64,000 nt of DNA, from NCBI RefSeq assembly GCF_036971445.1, contig NC_091469.1, forward strand, positions 212,660,001-212,724,000, given 5' to 3'. Position numbers and translations under genes: made by a program. The notes beneath the pieces were generated by a model, which made no database searches, was not told where the DNA came from, and saw only the letters and a program-made list of their open reading frames with translations. Source of the DNA: Narcine bancroftii. Taxonomy: Eukaryota. Of this stretch, positions 41,990-53,469 are shown piece after piece (positions within the stretch are counted from its first letter, which is position 1; every line of letters starts with the position of its first letter).

Positions 41990-44165
41990 CCCTCCATACC
42001 CCTCCTATCCATTTACCTGTCCAAATTCCCCTTAAATGTTTGAATTGAACCTGTATTCACCACTTCAGTTGGCAGCTCGTTCCACACTCCCACCACTCTC
42101 TGTGAAGAAGTTCTACCTCATGTTCCTCCTAAACTTCTCCCCTTTCACCCTTCATCCATATCCTTTTGTTTGTATATAACCTATTCTCAGTGGAAAAAGC
42201 CAACTTACATTAACTGTACCCCTCATAATTTTAAATACCCCTATCAAATCTCCCCTCATTCATCTGTGCTTCAAGGAATAAAGTCCTAACCTGTTTAACC
42301 TTTCCCTGTAATTCAGTTCCTGAAGTCCGAGCAACATCCTGGTAAATCTTATCTGCAAGCTTTCTACCTTATCGATATGTTTCCTGTAATTAGGTGTCCA
42401 AAAATGCACATAATACTCCAAATTTGGCCTCACCAATGTCTTATACAAGTTGACCATAAATTCCCAACTCCTAAGCTCCATACTTGAGTTATGCCAAAAC
42501 CACTCTTGGCAGCCCATCCACCTGTGACACTACCTTCAGGGAATTATGTATCTGTATTCCCAGATCCCTATGCTCTAATGCATTGCTCAGTGCCCTACCA
42601 TTTACCGTGTATGTCCTTTCACAGTCCGTCCCTCGAAAATCCATTGGGGTGGCATGGTTAGCATAGAGATGGCACAGTTAGTACAGTGGATAGGATGCAG
42701 CACAGTTAATGTCACGGTTAGCACAACACTGTTATAGTGCCCGGAATCAGAACCGGTACTCGAATTCCATGCTGTCTGTGAGGAGATTTTATGTTCTCCC
42801 CGTGTCTACATGGGTTTTCCCCACCTTTCAAATAATACCAGGGTTGTAGGTCCATTGGGGCAGTACCTGCTTGTGGGCCAAAAGGGCCTGTTGCAATGCT
42901 GTCTGTCTAAATTATATTAAATTAAAATGCAGCATCTCACACTTTTCTGCATTAAATTCCATCTGTCAGTTTTCAGCCCATTTTTTCCCACTGGTCTAGA
43001 TCTCTCTGCAAATAATAAAAGCCTTCCTCGCTGCCCACAACATCTCCAATCTTAGTGTGATCAGCAAACGTGCTGACCCAATTTACCACAGTACCAACCA
43101 GCTTACTGATATAGATGACAAACAATTTTGGCCTCGGTACTGATCCCTGAAGGCACACCATTAGTCACAGGCCTCCAGTCTGAGAAGCAATCATTCACTT
43201 CCACTCTCTGGCTTCTCCCTCATAGCCAATGTCGAATCCTGTTCACTACCTCACCATGAATACTGAGCGTCTGACCTTCCTGACTAACCTCCCATGCGGC
43301 ACTTTGTCAAAGACCTTACTCAAGTCCACAGCCTTTCCTTCATCAACTTTCCTGGTAACCTCCTTGAAAAATTCTGTAAGATAGGTTAAACAAAGCCTAA
43401 TCAGTCCCTGGAAATCTAAATAACTGTATATACAATCTCTTAGAACACCTTTCAATAATTTACCTACTACTGATGTCAGGCTCACTGGCCTATAATTACC
43501 AGGCTTAATTTTGGACCCTTTTTTAAACAACAGAACAACGTGAGCTACCCTCAAATCCTCTGGCACCCACCCATAGCTAAGGACATTTGAAATATTTCTG
43601 TCAGAGCCCCAGCAATTTCTACACTCACCTCTGTCAAGGCCCAAGGGAATAACTTGTCAGACCCTGGGGATTTATCCACCCTTATTTGTTTTAAGACAGA
43701 AAGCACTTCCTCCTCTTTAATCAGATAGGTTACATGCTTGTTTTCCTTACTTCCCACAACTCTATGTCTCTTTCTTGAGTGAATACTGATGAAAAGAAAA
43801 CATTTAAGGCTCTCCAATCTCTTTGGCTCCATACAAAGCCGACCTTCAAGGTCCCTTACTATCCTTTTGATCTTAATAGACCTGTAGAAACCCATAGGAT
43901 TTTCCTTCACGTTGTCTGCAAAGCAACCTCATGTCTTCTTTTTTAGCCTCATGATTACTCTCTTGAAGTCTTTCTTGCATTTTTTATACTCAAGTACATC
44001 ATTTGCTCCATGTTGCCTATACCAGTTATATACCTCTCTCATCTACCGAACCATATCCCTAATTCACTCAAAAACCAAGGTTCCATATGCCTTCTAACCT
44101 TGCCTTTGATCCTGACAGGAGCGTACAAACTCTGAACTCCCAAATTTTTACCTTTGAAGGTCAAG
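41990..44165 (-). mobile_element. Degraded CR1 LINE (ORF2), interrupted by a + strand SINE at about 42647-42925
   Basis: Minus-strand ORFs contain GNYRPVSLTSVVGK, FADHTK and LVRPNLEY. Confidence 0.8.
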
Positions 44166-44624
44166 CCAATGGTATATTGGTCTTTATTGGAAGAGAATTG
44201 GAGTAGAGGAGCAGAGGAAAGTTGCTCCAATCATACAGGGCTCAGATGAGACAATATTTGGAATAATTAGTCCAGCTCTGAAGGAAGGATTGGCGTGATT
44301 GTGGGACTGCAGGGATTGCTTTCTGGGATGTGGGTTTGTTGCATGATAGGCAAGAAACAGGCTGCCTCTGGGTTCTCCAGAGTTTGGAACAGCTGTTCAA
44401 ATCAATCAGCGGCAAGACCCCTGTAATTAGCACCAACACAGAGAACACTCACTCTCTCTGCCTTGCGGTGACAGCCTCAGACACCACTCCATGCCAGGTC
44501 ACTGCTGCAAACGTTGTTTGGAAGGTCGTGGGTAAGGTGCACACTGCGCTGAAGCTGAGCGTGGGATTGCTATAGCTCAAATCACTATAGGTCAATACTG
44601 GCAGTAGAGTCGTATCTCTAGACA

Positions 44625-45050
44625 GATCAAGGGTCCAGGAGGGTGTGTATAACCCCTGTGGGTACAGTGGTACCAGATCCATCTCCCAACCGATCAGAGA
44701 TCCAAGCGCATGTTTTACCTCTGTGGGTACAGTAGTACCAGATACACCTATCAACTGATCAGGGGTCTGGGAGGGTGTGTATAATCCCTGTGAGTACAGT
44801 GGTACCAGATCCACCTCCTAACCGATCAGGGATCCGAGGCATGTTTTACCCCTGTAGTACAGTAGTACCAGATGCACCTATCAACAGATCAGGGGTCTGG
44901 GAGGGTGTGTATACCCCTGTGGGTACAGTGGTACCAGATCCATCTCCCATTTCTCAGGGGTCCGGGAGGGTGTATATAACCCCTGTGGGTACAGAGGTAC
45001 CAGATCCAACTCCCCTTTTACAGGGGTCCGGGTGGGTGAGTATATATCCT
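44625..45050. repeat. ~65-bp tandem repeat (about 7 units, alternating variants)
   Basis: Repeated CCCCTGTGGGTACAGTGGTACCAGATCC core. Confidence 0.8.
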
Positions 45051-45694
45051 GCTTACAGGGTGTGAATGACTGCATCACCTGTGTAAATTAATACTTGAAT
45101 ACTGTAATGTTTTTTCTTGTTTGTTTCCTGATATGATCGGTTCCCACATTCCTTATAAATTGTGTGCGTCTGTTCCCATGCTCCCTCATAAACTGTGTGA
45201 GTCTGTTCCCATGCTCCCTTATAAATTGTATGTGTTTGTACCCACACTCCCTATAAATTGTTTCCTTTCTTGATTGTTGAGTTAATAAACCCTTGTGTCC
45301 AGACTCATCCCTCACACTGTCAACCCTCCTAGATAGTGGATAAATCACCAGACATGCTGCACTGAGGAGCCTTTCCACTGCACCATTATTTACCTGGTTA
45401 AATGGCAACACGTCATTTTAAGGGCGATGCAACCTTCAGCAGTGATGATACGAGAGCAGTTTGTGCTTACACACCATCAGAAGGCGAATAGTGAGTTAAC
45501 TCAGCAATGATCTGACAATGACACCCCCGACCCACCATCCCACCAAGTATCAGAGCCCAGTTGAATTTAACTTGCCCTGCTAGGTTGGGGCATTTCACAC
45601 TGCACAGTTACTAGGAACGGACTCGCTAAATTAGCTGGTTAATCCACACGGAATCAGCGGTATGTAAAAGCACTGACAGTGTCACTCAGTCATC

Positions 45695-48600
45695 CTGTCT
45701 CAGTGGGATATCTATACAGTGACCAGTAATCTCTCAGGGGGATATCTGTACACTGACAAGTATCTCCCAGTATCTCTCTCAGGGGGAAGGACATCTGTAC
45801 ACTGACCAGTGTCTCTCAGTCCCTCTCTCTCAGGGGGATATCTGAATACTGACCAGAGTCTCTCAGTTCTTCTCTCTCATGGGGATATCTGTACATAGAC
45901 TAGTAATCTCTCTGACCCTCTCTCTCAGGGGGATGTCTGTATACTGACGAGTATCTCTCAGTCCCTTTAACTCAGGGAGATATCTGTACACTGACCAGTA
46001 CCTCTCAGTCCCTCTCTCTCAGGGGGATATCTGCACATTGACCAGTAATCTCTCAGTTCCTCTCACTCACAGGGATATCTGAACAGTGACCAGTATCTCT
46101 CAGTCCCTCTCTCTCAGGGGGATGGATATCTGTAAATAGACCAGTGTCTCTCAGTTCCTCTCTCTCAGGAGGATATCTGTACATAGACCAGTGTCTCTCA
46201 GTTACTCTCTCTCAGGGGGATCGATATCTGTACAGAGACTAGTAATCTCTCAGTCCCTCTCTCTCAAGGGGATATCTGTACACTGACCAGTATCGCTCAG
46301 TCCCTTTCTCTCAGGAGGATATCTGTACAATGACCAGTAACTCTCAGTCCCTCTCTCTCAGGGGGATATCTGTACACTGACCAGTATCTCTCAGTCCTCT
46401 CTCTCAGGGAGATATCTTACACTGATCAGTATCTCTCAGTCCTCTCTCTCAGGGAGATATCTTACACTGACCAGCATCTCTCAGTCCTCTCTCTCAGGGG
46501 GATATCTTACACTGACCAGTATCACTCAGTCCTCTCCCTCAGTGAGATATCTTACACTGACCAGTATCTCTCAGTCCCTCTCTCTCATGGGAATACCTGT
46601 ACACTGACCAGTGTTCCTCATTCAATCTATCGGGGGATATCTGTTCACTGACCAGTATCTCTCAGTCCGCTCTCTCAGGGAGATATCTTACACTAACCAG
46701 TATCTCTCAGTTCCTCTCTCTCAGGGTGATATCTTACACTGACCAGTATCTCTCAGTTCCTCTCTCTCAGGGAGATATCTTACACTGACCAGTATCTCTC
46801 AGTTCCTCTCTCTCAGGGGGATATCTTGCACTGACCAGTATCTCTTAGTCCTCTCTCTCTGGGGGATATCTGTACTCAGACCAGTATCTCTCAGTCCCTC
46901 TCTCTCAGGGAGATATCTTGCACTGACCAGTATCTCTCAGTCCTCTCTCTCAGGGGGATATCTTACACTGACTTGTATCTCTCAGTCCTCTCTCTCAGGG
47001 GGATATCTTACACTGACCAGTATCTCTCAGTCCCTCTCTCTCAGGGAGATATCTTACACTGACCAGTATCACTCAGTCCTCTCTCAGGGGGATATCTTAC
47101 ACTGACCAGTATCACTCAGACCCTCTCTCTCAGGGGGATATCTGTACACTGACCAGTGTCCCTCAGTCCCTCTCTCTCAGGGGGATGGATATCTGTACAC
47201 TGACCCATATCTCTCCATCCCTCTCTCTCAGAGGGATATCTGTACTCCAACCAGTATCTATCAGTCCCTCTCTCTCAAGGGGATATCTTACACTGACGAG
47301 TATCTTCAGTCCCTCTCTCTCAGGGGAATATCTGTACATTGACCTGTATCTTTCAGTCCCTCTCTCTCAGGGGGGTAAACTACAGTGACTGGTTTCTCTC
47401 AGTCCCTCTCTCTCAGAGGAATATATGTACACTGACTGGTGTCTCTTAGGCCCTGTCTGTCAGGGGAATACCTGTACACTGACCTGTGTTCCTCAGTCCT
47501 TCTCTCGGGGGTTATCCATACAGTGACCAGTATCTCTCAGTCCCTCTCTCATGGGGTTATCTGAATACTGACCAGTGTCTGTCAGCCCCTCTCTCCTCTC
47601 AGGGGGATATCTATAAACTGACCAGTCTCTCAGCCCCCCTCTCTCTCTCCCCGGGGGATATGTGAACACTGATTAGGGTCCCTCAGCCCCCTCTCTCACT
47701 CTCGGGGGATATCTGTACACTGACCACTATTTGTCAGTGCCTTCCTCTCTCTCTCTCAGGGGGATATCTGTACACTGACAAGTATCTCCCAGTATCTCTC
47801 TCAGGGGGAAGGACATCTGTACACTGACCAGTGTCTCTCAGTCCCTCTCTCTCAGGGGGATATCTGAATACTGACCAGAGTCTCTCAGTTCTTCTCTCTC
47901 ATGGGGATATCTGTACATAGACTAGTAATCTCTCTGACCCTCTCTCTCAGGGGGATGTCTGTATACTGACGAGTATCTCTCAGTCCCTTTAACTCAGGGA
48001 GATATCTGTACACTGACCAGTACCTCTCAGTCCCTCTCTCTCAGGGGGATATCTGCACATTGACCAGTAATCTCTCAGTTCCTCTCACTCACAGGGATAT
48101 CTGAACAGTGACCAGTATCTCTCAGTCCCTCTCTCTCAGGGGGATGGATATCTGTAAATAGACCAGTGTCTCTCAGTTCCTCTCTCTCAGGAGGATATCT
48201 GTACATAGACCAGTGTCTCTCAGTTACTCTCTCTCAGGGGGATCGATATCTGTACAGAGACTAGTAATCTCTCAGTCCCTCTCTCTCAAGGGGATATCTG
48301 TACACTGACCAGTATCGCTCAGTCCCTTTCTCTCAGGAGGATATCTGTACAATGACCAGTAACTCTCAGTCCCTCTCTCTCAGGGGGATATCTGTACACT
48401 GACCAGTATCTCTCAGTCCTCTCTCTCAGGGAGATATCTTACACTGATCAGTATCTCTCAGTCCTCTCTCTCAGGGAGATATCTTACACTGACCAGCATC
48501 TCTCAGTCCTCTCTCTCAGGGGGATATCTTACACTGACCAGTATCACTCAGTCCTCTCCCTCAGTGAGATATCTTACACTGACCAGTATCTCTCAGTCCC

Positions 48601-50112
48601 TCTCTCTCATGGGAATACCTGTACACTGACCAGTGTTCCTCATTCAATCTATCGGGGGATATCTGTTCACTGACCAGTATCTCTCAGTCCGCTCTCTCAG
48701 GGAGATATCTTACACTAACCAGTATCTCTCAGTTCCTCTCTCTCAGGGTGATATCTTACACTGACCAGTATCTCTCAGTTCCTCTCTCTCAGGGAGATAT
48801 CTTACACTGACCAGTATCTCTCAGTTCCTCTCTCTCAGGGGGATATCTTGCACTGACCAGTATCTCTTAGTCCTCTCTCTCTGGGGGATATCTGTACTCA
48901 GACCAGTATCTCTCAGTCCCTCTCTCTCAGGGAGATATCTTGCACTGACCAGTATCTCTCAGTCCTCTCTCTCAGGGGGATATCTTACACTGACTTGTAT
49001 CTCTCAGTCCTCTCTCTCAGGGGGATATCTTACACTGACCAGTATCTCTCAGTCCCTCTCTCTCAGGGAGATATCTTACACTGACCAGTATCACTCAGTC
49101 CTCTCTCAGGGGGATATCTTACACTGACCAGTATCACTCAGACCCTCTCTCTCAGGGGGATATCTGTACACTGACCAGTGTCCCTCAGTCCCTCTCTCTC
49201 AGGGGGATGGATATCTGTACACTGACCCATATCTCTCCATCCCTCTCTCTCAGAGGGATATCTGTACTCCAACCAGTATCTATCAGTCCCTCTCTCTCAA
49301 GGGGATATCTTACACTGACGAGTATCTTCAGTCCCTCTCTCTCAGGGGAATATCTGTACATTGACCTGTATCTTTCAGTCCCTCTCTCTCAGGGGGGTAA
49401 ACTACAGTGACTGGTTTCTCTCAGTCCCTCTCTCTCAGAGGAATATATGTACACTGACTGGTGTCTCTTAGGCCCTGTCTGTCAGGGGAATACCTGTACA
49501 CTGACCTGTGTTCCTCAGTCCTTCTCTCGGGGGTTATCCATACAGTGACCAGTATCTCTCAGTCCCTCTCTCATGGGGTTATCTGAATACTGACCAGTGT
49601 CTGTCAGCCCCTCTCTCCTCTCAGGGGGATATCTATAAACTGACCAGTCTCTCAGCCCCCCTCTCTCTCTCCCCGGGGGATATGTGAACACTGATTAGGG
49701 TCCCTCAGCCCCCTCTCTCACTCTCGGGGGATATCTGTACACTGACCACTATTTGTCAGTGCCTTCCTCTCTCTCTCTCAGGGGGATATCTGTACTCAGA
49801 CCAGTATCTCTCAGTCCCTCTCTCTCAGGGAGATATCTTACACTGACCAGTATCTCTCAGTACCTCTCTCTCTTAGGGGGATATCTTACACTGACCAGTA
49901 TCTCTCATTCCCTCTCTCTCAGGGGGACATCTTACACTGACCAGTATCTCTCATTCCCTCTCTTTCAGGGGGATATCTTGCACTGACCAGTATCTCTCAG
50001 TCCTCTCTCTCAGGGGGATATCTGCACACTTACCAGTATCTCTCAGTCCCTCTCTCTCAGGGAGATATCTTACACTGACCAGTACCTCTCAGTCCCTCTC
50101 TCTCTCTCAGGG
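45695..50112. repeat. Satellite array of 45-47 bp monomers (TCTGTACACTGACCAGTATCTCTCAGTCCCTCTCTCTCAGGGGGATA) with a 2022-bp higher-order duplication
   Basis: Directly visible; identical ORFs at 47185 and 49207 are offset by 2022 bp. Confidence 0.95.
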
Positions 50113-50308
50113 GAAATGAGTGATTTGAAAAGTGTGAGCAATGTTTAATCCGGATCTTACCAGGTCTGCTGACCTGCCGCCTGTTGCACAGACAAACATC
50201 GTTTGGGAACTGAAATCTCTGCTGGGGGCGGGGACAGGAAACAGCGCCTCTGGTTTCAGTGGGTGGGGACCTGTTCGAGCCGCGGCTCCCTCTCGCTGCT
50301 CTCTTCCC

Positions 50309-50315
50309 TATTTAA
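50309..50315 (+). promoter_or_regulatory. TATA-like box (TATTTAA) of the IgW VH promoter
   Basis: Lies about 75-100 bp upstream of the leader ATGs; a GC box GGGGCGGGG is at about 50225. Confidence 0.55.
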
Positions 50316-50407
50316 GCAGCGCTCACTGCAGCTCCCGACAAAGCCGGTCTGAGCTGAAGCCGCCGACCTGTGCAGTGTCCATCATGTCTGGCTCGGTGCG
50401 CGGGGCG

Positions 50408-50453
50408 ATGGGACTCGCTCCTTATCTCTTTCTCCTTCTGTGCTGTCTGGCAG
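50408..50453 (+). CDS. IgW: IgW heavy-chain leader exon (MGLAPYLFLLLCCLAG); an upstream in-frame ATG lies at 50384
   Basis: Hydrophobic signal peptide, phase-1 donor G|GTGGGT, 114-bp intron; resembles shark IgW leaders. Confidence 0.88.
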
Positions 50454-50567
50454 GTGGGTGTCCCCGTGTCTTCACCCCGCCCGCCCGCCCGGGGTCGGCT
50501 GCGTCTCGGACACTCTCTCCCCGTGGAACCGTTCCCTGAAGTCCGCTCTTTTCTCTTTTCTTGACAG

Positions 50568-50865
50568 GCGTGCGGTCCGAGGTGGTGCTGACCCAGCCCG
50601 CGTCAGTGGTGCAAAAGCCCGGGGCGTCCGTCACGCTGACCTGTAAGACCAAGGGGTTCAGTCTCAGTAGCAACTGGATGCACTGGGTGAAACAGGAGTC
50701 CGGGAAAGGGCTGCAATGGGTGTCAGTAGTAACGAGTACTGGTAGCAAATATTATGCGTCTGGATTCCAAGGCCGATTCACCGTTTCCAAGGACAGCAAC
50801 ACCGTCTACCTGGAAATAAACAGCCTGAGCGTGAAGGACACGGCCACCTATTACTGTACGAGAGA
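50568..50865 (+). CDS. IgW: IgW VH segment (GVRS-EVVLTQP...YYCTR), germline and open
   Basis: Acceptor TTTTCTTGACAG; canonical Cys, WVKQ, GKGLQWV and DTATYYC; followed by an RSS. Confidence 0.95.
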
Positions 50866-50904
50866 CACAGCGAGAGGAACCGGGGCTGGGCCGCTGCAAA
50901 AACC
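50866..50904 (+). promoter_or_regulatory. V 3' RSS with 23-bp spacer (CACAGCG-23-GCAAAAACC)
   Basis: Heptamer 50866-50872, nonamer 50896-50904. Confidence 0.92.
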
Positions 50905-51101
50905 CAGCGCCTGCCCTCAGGGTTCAGGGCCCCGGAGTGAATGGGCAGCAGGACTGACCCCAGGGGATTCCCGGCCTCGCTGCGCCGCCGTCGGCCCTCG
51001 CTGGGACTAGGAGGCGAGGGGTCCGCATGACTCCCGGGAAGACCAGGCGATCCGCGGATCGATTCCCAGAGCAGGTCGGCGCCGAGCGCCGCGGATGGGA
51101 C

Positions 51102-51129
51102 TGTTGTTGAGCGGCGCTGTGTCACCGTG
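51102..51129 (-). promoter_or_regulatory. D 5' RSS with 12-bp spacer (TGTTGTTGA-12-CACCGTG)
   Basis: Heptamer 51123-51129, degenerate nonamer 51102-51110. Confidence 0.8.
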
Positions 51130-51135
51130 TGGGAC
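51130..51135 (+). other. IgW: DH segment, 6 nt (TGGGAC)
   Basis: Lies between two inverted heptamers, each with a 12-bp spacer and a nonamer. Confidence 0.85.
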
Positions 51136-51163
51136 CACGGTGATGCGGAGCTGAACAGAAATT
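51136..51163 (+). promoter_or_regulatory. D 3' RSS with 12-bp spacer (CACGGTG-12-ACAGAAATT)
   Basis: Heptamer 51136-51142, nonamer 51155-51163. Confidence 0.82.
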
Positions 51164-51466
51164 GGCGCCGGCCGATCAGCGGCTGCAGGGCAGCCCGTCT
51201 CCACGGATCCCGCACGGCTGCTTCCCACGGCCACCTCCCCGAAACATGGCTGTGGCTGCTGGAGGGGCAGGGACTTTTCCGGCCAATGAAGCGGCCAAAA
51301 GGAGGCGACTGAGTTTCGGGCGGGACGGTGCGAGCCGGCGCCCGCACCACAGCAACACGGCAGGAAGAGACGAGCCCGGAGTCCGTGCCGGGAAGCGGCT
51401 GCCGGGGGTGCAGACGGGCCTCGGACCGGCCCTTGGCGGAGGTGGCTGGACGTGACGGGCCAGCGG

Positions 51467-51505
51467 AGTTATTGTACTGGGCGAGTCGGGAGACGGAGCA
51501 GTGTG
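51467..51505 (-). promoter_or_regulatory. J 5' RSS with 23-bp spacer (AGTTATTGT-23-CAGTGTG)
   Basis: Nonamer 51467-51475, heptamer 51499-51505. Confidence 0.88.
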
Positions 51506-51545
51506 GACTACTGGGGGAAAGGAACCTCGCTGACAGTGGCTTCAG
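51506..51545 (+). CDS. IgW: JH segment (DYWGKGTSLTVAS)
   Basis: WGxG motif; phase-1 donor CAG|GTAAG at 51546. Confidence 0.93.
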
Positions 51546-53469
51546 GTAAGACCCAGCCTCTCCATTCATTCCACCCTTCCCCATTGCTAATTGATGACTT
51601 TGCGGCCTGAGACCAGTGAGATCAAGGGAGCCGTGACTGGAAGCTCCCCGAGACGGGCGGGTGAAGTGTTTCCCGTCGGCTGCTTTCTCGGTTCCAGCCA
51701 GGCTGCGGGAAACGTGTGATCCGGTTAAAGTCTGAATAACCCCCAGGGTCCAGGTGGAGCTCGGTCCGCTCCTGTCATGTCTGCTGTGAGGCCCGTCCCA
51801 GGACACACAACCCCCGACTGCAGAGAGAGACGAGCCCGGGATTTGATGATGGGCGCAGAGATTTATTCCCTGATGGGTGGGCTCGGTGGGAAGCAGCGGG
51901 AGGAGGCGGAATCGGGAAGGAGAGACCGGGAAATGAACACAGAGGGCTTTTCCAGGTGCCTTCTCCGCTAAGAATGCGCATCCCAGCGCAGCTGTCCTTT
52001 CAGCTTTCAACACTGCCACCGAACTGCAATTTAAAGGGACGCTTCTGCTTCTTCAGGCGCCTTCTTGGCAGAGAATGCACCTGGAAAAGGCTACTGAGCT
52101 GAGCTGCTTCTCGCTCTCGGAGGAGGGTAACGTCGCTCGCCTCAAGAGCGCCTCCTGCACATTCAGGTGGCCTCAAAACAGCCGCATATTGCCGGAACAT
52201 GCGGCTTTACGCGCGGGACAATTGGCCACCTGAAAGTGCCTTGAGTGACTTCCTCGGTCCCAGGGCAGGAGATGGGAATCTTCAGTCCATGATCGCTCAG
52301 CGTTTCACAGAAACTAGGGTGGATGCAGCAACTGTGTGATCTGGATCGCACTGAGTGCAAGGTGGTGGGTGGTTATGGCTCCGGGGGGAAACACAGAAGG
52401 AACACAGAAATCCTGGAGGAACTCAGCCGGTCTCGCAGGGTCCACAGGAGGTAATGATATATTCCCCACGTTCGGTTTCTGAAGAAGCCACGTTCAGGTG
52501 TAAGGAACAATTTGGAAATAAAGGCTGGTGACTGGAGAGGGGGAAAGGGGTGGGGGGGGGGGGCGACCAAAATTTGTTAATTGGATATGAGGAAAGGTGA
52601 GAATTGATATTGGCTGTGGAGGGAGGAGGGGAGAGAAAACAGGCGCAAAGGCGAGAGGGGGAAGGAGAGGGGAGTTGGTTTTACGGAACCCGGAGATAAT
52701 AGTATAGAAGGAACAGGAGAGGGACCTCCCCACCACCCCTTTAAGGAAGGGGAAAAGTGGTTGGAGAGTGACCATTCAGTTGAGTGGCAAGCGCTGGTCC
52801 GGTTGGATGAATTGATTCGATCTGTGCGCAGTCATTCAGTGGAACGACTAATTGTATAAATCCAGAAAACACCCACTCGAGGAAATCCCGTGAAATATCC
52901 CAGGGCGCTCAGAGCCGGAGTGAAACGCCGAATTAGGACCCCCATGCACTGTCCTGTCAGATACAAAGTTCCTTTCGAACTTCCTTCTCGATCTCAGAGC
53001 ATGGGGGAGTGGGAGTGGGGGGTTGGGGATGGAGTTCCCTCCACACTCTCCTGTTGTAGCCTCCAGGACATTGACGGACACAATACATGGAATCTAACTC
53101 TCCATGTTGTTGTGTCCAACACTACCGGGGTGGGGGGAATGCGACTGAGCGCAGAGGATTCTATACACTGGGAAAACAATATGATGTGGAAAGTTCGCAG
53201 AAATGAATGGTTGGGACAGAGAGAAAATGTTGTATCCAGTGGGGTTGTGATTTTTCAGGAGGACATATTTCCTGTCTCTACTCTTGAATTGCAATATTCA
53301 GTGTCCAGAAAACAAAGCGTTTCATTCCGTATTAAGTATGAATTTAAGGCTCAGAGTTTGGAGTTTCTGATGTTCTTCCACTTACTGACATCATATCGAA
53401 TCCTAAACTAGCTGTTCATTCCTACATTCCCAGGGAATTCTTTTAGAAATCCCACTCTGCCCTCAAACC

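Noticed and set aside
45695-50112. Satellite as a CRISPR-like array or an array of cryptic RSSs
   Set aside because: Head-to-tail monomers without unique spacers in a eukaryotic context; CACTGAC lacks correctly spaced nonamers.
51164-51466. Possible second D segment (GGCTGTG at ~51248, GACGGTG at ~51324, CACAGCA at ~51348)
   Set aside because: None has a recognisable nonamer at 12 or 22/23 bp spacing.
50778-52019. 413-aa minus-strand ORF over V-D-J
   Set aside because: No recognisable domain; best explained by stop-codon scarcity in GC-rich DNA antisense to the Ig segments.
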